64,000 nt of DNA from Octopus sinensis (taxonomy: Eukaryota). Positions within the stretch are counted from its first letter, which is position 1. The number at the start of each line of letters is the position of its first letter. A program made the position numbers and the translations under genes. The DNA is taken from NCBI RefSeq assembly GCF_006345805.1, contig NC_043008.1, positions 46,996,001 to 47,060,000 on the forward strand. Reading direction: 5' to 3'. Shown in pieces: positions 54,712-64,000 of the stretch. The notes under the pieces are model-generated. The model searched no databases, had not been told where the DNA came from, and saw nothing but the letters and a program-made list of their open reading frames with translations.

Positions 54712-57700
54712 GTGTGCGCGTGTGTGTGTGTGCGTGTGTATCTATGTATGTATGAATTTATGTATGTGTCTTTACCTATGCTTGAAAAGACGGCGTATTG
54801 TAAATCGTTTCCGATAATCAATGGAAGCGATTAACTTTTATCACGTATCCTCTCTCTACTGCGTATCTCTTCATATCAACAATTCGTTGCCGTACCCTAT
54901 ATCAATTTGTCGTGAGCATTGTAACTCCTTTCACGCTACCTTTCACGCCATTCTTCATCCATTCTTGCCTGGCAACGTAGATTCTGTTTATCTGTCTTTG
55001 TTTGTTATAGTTTACTCATTTTCTTTTTGCCATGATATCCACGTCCTCATATTCTTACATCAGCCTTTCTACTGCGCAAATTCGCGTTCTTTTACGAGGA
55101 TAATCTTAGTTAGAATTTTTAATGTTTAGAATGCTGCCTGTTTTCCAATATTAATTAAATATGGCTATATTACTTTTATAATATTTTTTCAAATATTCCT
55201 ATCATATCCAACATAGTTTCAATTTCTCTACACATTTCCAAATCATCTCTTTGCCTTGCTTTTAATTCCTCTAAATCTTTATTACTTCTTTTCTCATCTA
55301 CAGATTATTTAATAAATTATCCAAAGCATCCACTGAGCAAATTCGTCGTAGGCACGTTTACACTGTATGGATGAATGTGAATTCCTTTTCGTTTGAGCGA
55401 CTGTAGGTCATATAAGAAACAAGTTGGTTGGAAGTGATTTTCCATTTATTACTGTCAAACAAAACCGTCGATGGGGAGTCTGAGTTTTAAGACTTAATCT
55501 TGATGAGGGAAGATGATGAATGAGTTTGTTGGATAGCTCTGAGTATGAAAGATATTTAACCATCTAGTTCATACGACTGAGAATAGTAAAAGAAGAATGA
55601 ACGCAATTGTGAGCCTCAGATTGAAGGGTATGGTTGAGTAGATATATTCATTTCACTCAGAAGTAAAAGTGTGTGTGTATGTGTTACTTAACCTTCTAAA
55701 TGGGCAGCGAGTGCATTCGCTTGTTATATTTTTCATCTGCAGCGTTCTGATTCATTTTTTATCACCATATTTTCATAGGGTTGATTGTCGCCCAATAATA
55801 CTGGCATTGGCAACATTTTCAGTCACCACCGGAAAGATGAGAAGCGAGGAGAGAGACAGAGAGTGAAAGTCATCTTGGAATGTTACACTTTTGATAGAAA
55901 TAGGTCTATATTTGATTACATTGTATGTATGTATGGCATGTTTGATTTCCGGAGTGAATATTCCGACAATCAGCCGGTGAGCAACAATTGTTAAAAGGTT
56001 TCTGATAATCAATTCTCAAACAATTGCACATCAGTTTCAGCTACAGTTGTAACGGAACTTATATTTATGGAATCGAACCATTATCTAGAATTTTATAAGT
56101 TGTTTATTTTTTTTTGTAAAAATAATCACTCCTGTCGATTAATTCCGGTAAGGTGTTGCCCGAATGACTGTTGAATGTTTCTTAAGTTGACGGTGAAAAT
56201 GGGAAGTCGTTTTGAAGATGAAGGAGGTTATGACAAGGCCCCTAGACTCCTTCGCTTCGGAGCACTTCCATTGAACATTCAAGAAGTAACTGGAGTGCTA
56301 AAACAATAGCATTGAAGGTATAGGATCCTACTGTGAGGGAAATTGGAGGTTTGTACTTCTATGGAATTAATAAATGACTAACGTGAAAAAGTCTGAAAAC
56401 GTTCCATGGATGTCCATCCTTATCCCTGTTGGGTACGAGACAGAAAAACACATTTCTTTTCCTCGATGTCGGAAATGAATTCAGTAAACAATTTCTGCTT
56501 TCGACTTAAGTAAATAAAGTTTGCTATCTATTATACACCAATAAAAATATTCCATTACAGTATTTGCGTGGGTAGGAATTCGCTCGGATGGAGATTTTGA
56601 GGAGACGTCCACTTTGATTTGCGGTTTCCATTGAGGTGAGATGTTTCTTTCTAATAATATATATGTTTAGAGCAGTCTGTCTATCATTTCCATTGCTTTT
56701 GGTATTTTCTCGTGGCTATATTGTTTTGACATCTGAAGAAAACATCTTAATTCCTGTCTCCGTTTTTTCATATGATTGTCACCATTTCTATCAGATGGTC
56801 ATTTTCATGTCGATATTGTTGTCTGTTTTCTTTAGATCTGCTTCTGTTATTACTGATCAAATCAATATTTTGCAGGTCAAACCGGATTGATCATTTTGTT
56901 GGTTTTCCTTTTTATTTGTTTACATTGAATCTTTTTGATTCCGTTTTTAATTGCTTTCTACTTTTGTTCTTTATTTTCTACTTTTGAACTTTAATTTCGT
57001 TATTTTTCCATATGCGGTGAAAATCGAGCACAGCTCACATCTAAATAGGTACCAGTCATTCACACAGTTATTCAGTATTCTTTATAATCGCTATCATGTT
57101 TTCATTTTCTGATTTCCAAATCCTGAAATCATTTTAGGTAATGACAAAATTTCTTTTGTGCAGGGGAACTCAGCTGTGATTATTGTTGTAATATACATTT
57201 GTTGTAGGCAATTAGTAAAAATGGTACCCACCCACCAGACGAATGGAATAACCTAGTCACTAAAAGTAAAGAGAAGTACGTGGAGTACCAGAGTACGTAG
57301 TGGGCGGTCAGAGATGGTTGTGTCTTATTAAGTATACTGTATTCCGAAGTAAGCGTTTTAACAATCCAACATAATAAAGATTTGTTGTTCAGAATGGATT
57401 TTTTTCAACGATTTCGTTTTTTTTTTATTTTGCTAAGTAATAGATATGCAACTCTGATGTTATGACATATCGTCGCACACAACGATGCATGAGTTACTTT
57501 CAAACATGGAATTGTGAAGAACATTCTCTGTTTATTCTCAAGTTTTATTTTGTTTTTGTCTTTTATTTTTGTTCTGTTTTTGCTATAATTTAATACGGAT
57601 ATTGGTTAATCTTTCCGTTCTAATGTTTCAAGTGAGGTTTCTTAGTTGGTTATCTTTTACTTACGCATCATGTGACTCACATTCTTCCTAATTATCATGG

Positions 57701-58227
57701 AAGCAGTCTCTACTTACCTATCTTACTTGCTTCGCTATTTAATGTATCAATTCCTTATTTTAATATGGCCTTCACTCTTTTCTTTTATGTTAGTGATTCT
57801 TATCTTCTTTAACGAGAAATTCCTCATTTTCAAAACGCTTTCCAGTTGCAATGATAATGCAGCTGTAAGGAAAAAACGTTAATCTCGTTAGTAGAAGCAA
57901 TTGATAGGTTCCGATCGAATACGTCTCTACACATTGCTCACGGCTGGCTACGTTGACGTTTCTGCCATCTCTTGAATACTTCACTGCCACGTACACAACA
58001 AAGTCACACGACAAGCGACCATTGTGCATGTGTCATCCGTTTCATTTACAAGTATCATTGTTGCAACGTAGCAATATTAATGACTGCATCCTGTGTGTTC
58101 CTTCTCGCAGATTATCTAGGATAGTGTGTCACTGTGCTTCCTGTTCTTGCCACGTAAACAATACTAGCAGTTCTATTGTATCATGTATTTCATTTTCCTC
58201 GTGGTTCAGAGTAAATGGTTTGGCAGC

Positions 58228-58492
58228 ATTGTTAAGGAGAAGGAGAAGAAGAAGAAGAAAGACGAGAAGGAGGAGGAGAAGAAGAAGAAGAAGAAAGAGG
58301 AGAAGGAGGTGAAGAAGAAGAAGAAGGAGGAGGAGCAGAAGAAGAAGAAGAAGAAGAAGAAGAAGAAGAAGAAGAAGAAGAAGAAGGAGGAGGAAAAGAA
58401 GAAGAAGAAGAAGAAGAAAGAGGAGAAAGGGTGAAGAAGAAGAAGGAGGAGGAGCAGAAGAAGAAGAAGAAGAATAAGAAGAAGAAGAAGAA
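58228..58492. repeat. (AAG)n/(GAG)n polypurine tract
   Basis: Almost pure purine top strand for ~265 nt. Confidence 0.95.
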
Positions 58493-59154
58493 CCATCATC
58501 ATCGCCATGATAGACTTGGCCAGTATTTGATCATACGCCCCCGTAAGTCTAAACTGTCTGTCATATGGGAATGGGTGGGGCCACAGACTTTGAGTAAATA
58601 TGTATGTTCATGAGAATGACAACCCTAACTGGCTGGAACGCTTCTCTGAAGGCATTTGTAAAGTTAGGCAAGCAGAAGAACTTTGAAATACAGGCTGCAT
58701 ATGGTAACATGTATAAGAATGATGATCGGAGGTTTGGGAAAAATACTAAATGTTGCTCTAAAACACAATAGATAAATGCCAGAAAACCTAAGCGTATCAG
58801 AAAGAAAAAATATGTTCCCGCCATTACTTGCCACGTCCCAAGAAAAACATTTTCAACTTGAAAATATCTGATTCTCTTAAAACTCTTTGAAAACTTTCAA
58901 ATTACATGTTGAACGGAATCTTATTGCTCACAGTTTATTCTCCATTTTGTACCTTAAGACATGGCCTATCATAAATAACGGCCGTAGTAAAACGTCGGTT
59001 GTGCTGTTAATAGACATATCTGAGTGAAACTTGTAACAATTCGTATAAAACAAAGCAACAATAATGCAATTATTAGCAACAAACACCACCCTCCAACAAA
59101 ACAACAACAACAGCAATAATTATGATCATTGTTCTTATTATGATAATGATAGAC

Positions 59155-59440
59155 TCCCCGGTCGAAGGCGTCGTATGAGTGTCCAGACTTAGCCGAACGA
59201 CCTGCCCAAACGATTTGTTTATTGGGATCAAAGGTGTGTAGTGTACATTAGTTCCCTGCTTCCATCAAAGCGATGTTGTCCGAACAGGTGCACAGTGTAC
59301 CACGTGCCAGGTGGCGAAGTGATTGCAGATCGACGTGAGATGAAGCATTTTGGCCAAGAACACAGCGTAGTGCACTGTGTAGGAATTGATCTCAGGATCT
59401 CAGGATCATGAATTCAACACTCTTGCCACAAGGCCATACA
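59155..59440 (-). mobile_element. tRNA-derived SINE (family 5), degenerate
   Basis: rc begins ATGGCCTTGTGGCAAGAGTG (A-box-like), with a B-box-like region and a CORE-like GTGTTCTTGGCCAA. Confidence 0.5.
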
Positions 59441-59469
59441 TCCTCAATAATCCATTCTAGTGTAGATAG

Positions 59470-59800
59470 AAGGCATGAAACCCTTTTTAGGAAGGAGCAA
59501 TTTAATTACATCGACCCCTATTCTTGACTGGTACCTTATTTTATCAATCCTGAGAGGACGGTAGGCAAAGTCGTCCTCATTGGCATTTCAACTCAGAATG
59601 TGATGCTGGAAGAAATAATGGCTAATGATTCTGCCGGTGCGGATTTAGGTGCAAAACCAGCAACTTTTGAAGCGATAGGTGAATCAATAACACTGACCCC
59701 GGTTCTTCAGAAGAAAAATAAAAGCAAAGTTAGCTGCGCTGGGATTTGAACTCAACACAGAAATAGCCAGAAAAAATATCGCAAGGAATTTTTCACTTGC
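59470..59800 (-). mobile_element. Two tandem degenerate SINE family 1 copies
   Basis: ATTACATCGACCCC..GGCAAAGTC..CAACTCAGAA, then AGCAAAGTT..GGATTTGAACTCA. Confidence 0.55.
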
Positions 59801-60439
59801 TCTCACCATTATTGGATTCAATCCTATAATATAAGGAAATGTTTTATTTTCCCCAGGGTTACCGGAAAGAGGATAAACAGGAAGTAAGTCTTGTTAGTTT
59901 TATTCATCTTAACAACATATAATTAATGAGTTATAATATTGACATTGATCGTTATTCGTAAACAAACCAACAGAATAGGTTTGATGTCAAAACTAAACTC
60001 ATTAAATTCGCCCCCACAAAAAAAGGAAAGATAATTATATTCAAAATGTATGATATAGTAAAATTTTGAAGACATAATATATTTCTGTTATACATGCTTA
60101 TTTTAAAGATACATACTACTAACAAAATGAAAATACAAAATTATTCTTGCAACGTACGCCGGAAATAATAAAAAAAAGTGAATACGAAAAAAAATTTAGG
60201 ACAGGACATACTAAGAATGAAAAATATGATTATTATAAAATAAGTGTGATAAAAATGTTTGAAAATCTTTCTGTGAACCAATGATCAATAATAAAATAAA
60301 CTGACTTGGAACTTTGTTGTTATATATTTTATTAAGAGTTAGACTAGAAGTCAGTACAGCCAAGTGTAGAGGAAGAAATATATACACTGGCCATGTTAGT
60401 TTCATAGAAAAGTTTGCACATCATTGTAAAGTCAAAGTC

Positions 60440-60720
60440 TAAACAAAGGTGAAAACGTGACATGAAGAATTGTTAGAAAACAAGAGAAAATATCTCTGAT
60501 TCCTTGATATAATCAATAGCGAAAAGACATGACTAAAAATGGAAACAAGAATTACACAAATAAATCACACAAGAAGAAATAGAAGAAGTGAAACAACGCA
60601 TGGAACAATTGATCCTTGCTAAATCTCAAAGAATCCATAGGGATTAAAAGCGACAGCGGTTCGATGAAGAACGTAAACGGTTCGATTTTATCAAGTAGTT
60701 GAAAATTAAATAGAAAATCA
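60440..60720 (+). pseudogene. Highly degenerate R4/Dong-type fragment
   Basis: EIEEVKQRMEQLILAKSQRIHRD*KRQRF resembles KQRIQVKAQRLKKYSKRIRF at ~50.4 kb. Confidence 0.4.
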
Positions 60721-61705
60721 ATGCAACCTCATCTGTAAGAGAAAAACTGGATAAAATGTCAGCAGCAAGAGTTATTAACATGGCCGAGATGTTTCGTAAC
60801 AAAACAGGCAGACGCTTGACAATTGTGATTTCTCATATTTGCACAAGTAGAATCCTAAATGCAAGAAGAGAGAACAACTGGATGTCAGGTGGATGCCATA
60901 AGATCGCAAATCTCTAAATACAATATTTATCAAGGGCATAAGACGTAAGCAAATTCTTTTAATCATATTTTGTGTGAAAATTCTACGCCTTTCGAGAAGA
61001 AAACCAAACCATTACTGCGACCATGATTAAGACGCAACAAATGACATTTGCAAATTGAAAATTAATATATACTAATATAAAATCAAATATGCAAACATAA
61101 AATTAACATAATTTATCTACGAGTGGACTGAAAATATAACTTAGATAATTATAACGAATAATAGATTCACAAATAAACAACTTTTTTCTGATTTTGAGAA
61201 GCAGTTTCGAAATGTAAGTTTTAGTCTGAAACAGTGAATCTCCACGTGCTGCAAAGAACACATTTTCTTGTTTAAGCCCTGCACAATATTACTGTAAAAA
61301 ATAAAAAAAAAAGAAATGTAGAATTTTAGTTTCTATTCATTGATGAATCAAGAAATATATCAGTATCTATATGCTTGTTTATATATGATCCCAATTGTCC
61401 CTTCAAATAAATGCCTTCTACATACCAGCGTTTTATACTGTTATTTACATTATTTTCGCTAAATATTCAGCCAACATATTTCTTTAAATTATACAACACT
61501 GAGACCATAGTTTTTGATCTCTATTGCCGTTGCTTCAGCTCACTTTGACTACGATGGAACTTGTATATGATAAATTCACGTTTTCCATGATATTCTCTGT
61601 AGACCTCATCTACATTTAGGAAAGAACTGAGCTACATTATTTTAGCAGGAATGACCAGAAATATTGTTGCAGATGCATCCCTGCAGGACTGTATTTTCAG
61701 TTACA

Positions 61706-61876
61706 CGCAGTATTTTGTTTGCCGCTACGTTCTGAGCTCAAATTCCGCCGAGGTCGACTTTGCCTTTCCTCCTTTCGGGGTCGATTAAATGAGTACCAAT
61801 TACGCACCGGGGTTGATATAATCAACTTAATCCCTTTGTCTATCCTTGTTTGGCCCCTTGTAGGTAGTAAAGAAAG
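61706..61876 (+). mobile_element. 5'-truncated SINE family 1 copy with Tx1-like tail and perfect 15-bp TSD
   Basis: GTATTTTCAGTTACA at 61691-61705 and 61877-61891; the body lacks the 5' head. Confidence 0.9.
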
Positions 61877-61960
61877 GTATTTTCAGTTACATGCGCTTAG
61901 AAAATTAATCCAATATATGATTATATATTCAGTCGAAGATTCTTATCATATGTGTGTGTA

Positions 61961-62008
<48 letters not shown>

Positions 62009-62298
62009 TGTATATATGAATTTACTCGAAAATAATAGTCAAATATTTATGGAAATGTTAGAAAGAAATGAGTGTAGTTCTTCACTGTCATTTCTTATTG
62101 TTATAGAAATAACAGCTTAAATCTACTGGGCGTTTTTTAACGTCTCTTTTGGATATTCGCCGCCTGTCATTTAAAATAGATGTATGTTGCAGTACCTTTC
62201 GTTATTTGCTGAGCTTTGAACTCGTGTTGCATTTGTATGAAGTGAATATTGTATAGATGAAGTATTATCTATCCCATTTTCTATAACTATATCTGCCT

Positions 62299-62375
62299 AT
62301 AGACAGACAGACAGACAGGTGGATAGATAGATAGATAGATAGATAGATATAGATAGATAGATAGATAGACAGATG

Positions 62376-62451
<76 letters not shown>

Positions 62452-62503
62452 GATAGATAGATAGATAAATAGATAGACAGATGGATAGATAGATAGATAG
62501 ATA
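62299..62503. repeat. (GATA)n microsatellite abutting the Tx1 3' end
   Basis: Visible tetranucleotide run. Confidence 0.95.
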
Positions 62504-62504
62504 A

Positions 62505-62596
62505 CTTTTTATTGTAGCCACACAGGGCTAAACACAGAATAAAAATAGACGAATACAATGTAGAATTTTTTCTTTTCGAGGTGGGATGGGTGGGGC

Positions 62597-62628
<32 letters not shown>

Positions 62629-64000
62629 GATCAATAGGGATCTGTGGGTTGTGTGGTGTATAAAAAAGCAATATGTATATATATATAAGGTTCACAGTTT
62701 AGGTGTAGCCTTGGAAAGAAAAACCTACAAAAAGACCAAGGTCACCTCAGACAGTTCGAAAAAGAACACATGAGTAAGTCGCCTCAGTTCTCGTTGTCTC
62801 TTTTGGTTACAGATTTATGCTTAAAATAGTGTCGTCTTTCATACTGACCATTTTTGCCACTTTTACCCACTTTTTATTAAAACATTCGTTCGACAAAGCC
62901 TTCCTCTCTATTCTCATCCTCCTTTTCAAGTGGTACTTGAAAAAGTTGACGAGAGACTGACCAGAGAGGAAGGTGTTTGTTTGCAGTCCTTTCAAACGCG
63001 TCCACCACACACATTCTTTCGCCATAGCCATCAGCGTAACGAAAACCGTTTTCCCTTCCCGTTTAAAGGAAGGTGGTGGAACAATATTCATGATAGACTC
63101 GGCCGATAGGCGAGCCTGACCTACACGTGACAACAGCTGTTCGACGAAGGACCACAGCTCTGAAATATCTGGACACTGCACGAGTGCGTGCAGAACGGTT
63201 TCGTCGCTCTGACCGCATCTCGGGCAGGTCGTCCGGTCCGTGTGATGGTTTTCGAACCGTGTCTGTAGCTCTTCTCTCGAACAGGTTAGTGCGTCTCGAT
63301 AGCACTGCCAAGCCAGGGATTTCTGGAAGTTATCCATAGGCCCCGGCCCGAACGTCGTCCTGAACAGGCGGGTTAGGAATTCCTCGTCGACGCCCAGGTT
63401 TGCCCCGAGTGTGTCGTCGGACCTCCCTCCACTAGTCCTCTATAGAACGCTTTAGTCGTTTGGAAGTTGCACAAGTTTGACCCCGGTCGGCAGAGCTGCT
63501 GTAGAGCTTGGCGACACTCTCGGTGCCAATCGCCCAGTTTCGGTCTCTTTTTGATCCACGTTTGCAGTTCGGTCAGTGAGACGAGCTGCGGGAAGTCGCG
63601 CCTCACAAACGGCGCCACACCTGTTCACCGTCGTCGATGAATTTCCAGAGATGTCGCAGTCTCAGCGCATGCCTGCGCATCATCAACCACGGCATGCCCA
63701 GTCCTCCATTCAACGGATGTTGACAGCAAATGGACTTCCTCACCATCGGAACGCCACCCTTCCACAGGAAGCGGAAGAGTATGCGTTCCAGTTTGGTGAT
63801 GGTGGCGTCGGGACAAGGTACGACGGTCAGGCGGTAATCGATGACGGATGCGATGTACGCGTTCGCCACCTCCGCCCGGCCTTTTAGAGACAGCTTTCTC
63901 TCGGCCCATGTTTGGCTGAGAGCGACCACTCTACTCGTGATCTCGTCCCAGTTCTTATCCATTTGGAGGTCCGGACTGAACCAGACCCCGAGCAATTTAA
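62505..64000 (-). mobile_element. Tx1-type (L1 group) LINE: C-terminal RT region, zinc knuckle and 3' UTR; continues beyond the window
   Basis: LGVWF..LSLKGRAEVANAYIASVI..LFRFLWKG..GGLGMP (63603..63995); CPRCGQSDETVLHALVQC (62807..63337); frameshifts between segments; ends AATAAAAAG at (TATC)n. Confidence 0.88.

Noticed and set aside
54800-55340. Charged or coiled-coil-like minus-strand peptides suggesting a Helitron or viral fragment
   Set aside because: Multiple stops and no diagnostic motif
56650-56990. Possible Dong endonuclease remnant on the minus strand (IDM..PSDRN)
   Set aside because: Requires a frameshift and is too short to support as a feature

Overview
AT-rich animal DNA, intergenic or deep-intronic, very dense in microsatellites and retroposons. 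The SINE families resemble, from memory, those of Octopus/coleoid cephalopod assemblies; the taxon is an inference. No host protein-coding gene can be supported: most ORFs in the track are translated microsatellites. The real coding sequence belongs to decayed or truncated mobile elements. These are a CR1/L2-group LINE (~11.8-14.9 kb, -), an RTE/BovB-type LINE with a 13-bp TSD (19.5-20.9 kb, -), an internally deleted mariner (24.6-25.4 kb, -), a HERO-type RLE LINE (36.8-39.0 kb, -), R4/Dong fragments (25.5, 50.2-51.1, ~60.5 kb) and two Tx1-type LINE 3' ends sitting in (GATA)n tracts (16.6-17.0 and 62.5-64 kb). At least five tRNA-derived SINE families, a probable solo LTR and two foldback elements are also present. 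The most interesting signals are four. (1) A three-copy composite element made of a tRNA-like Pol III head, a variable (AAT)n linker and a tail carrying a minimal Penelope-type hammerhead ribozyme. (2) An abundant SINE whose 3' tail matches the Tx1 LINE 3' end (33/42 nt), and which also occurs with two other tails. (3) Tx1 elements that appear to target (GATA)n. (4) A Dong-type 3' end nested in the (AAT)n linker of the ribozyme element.
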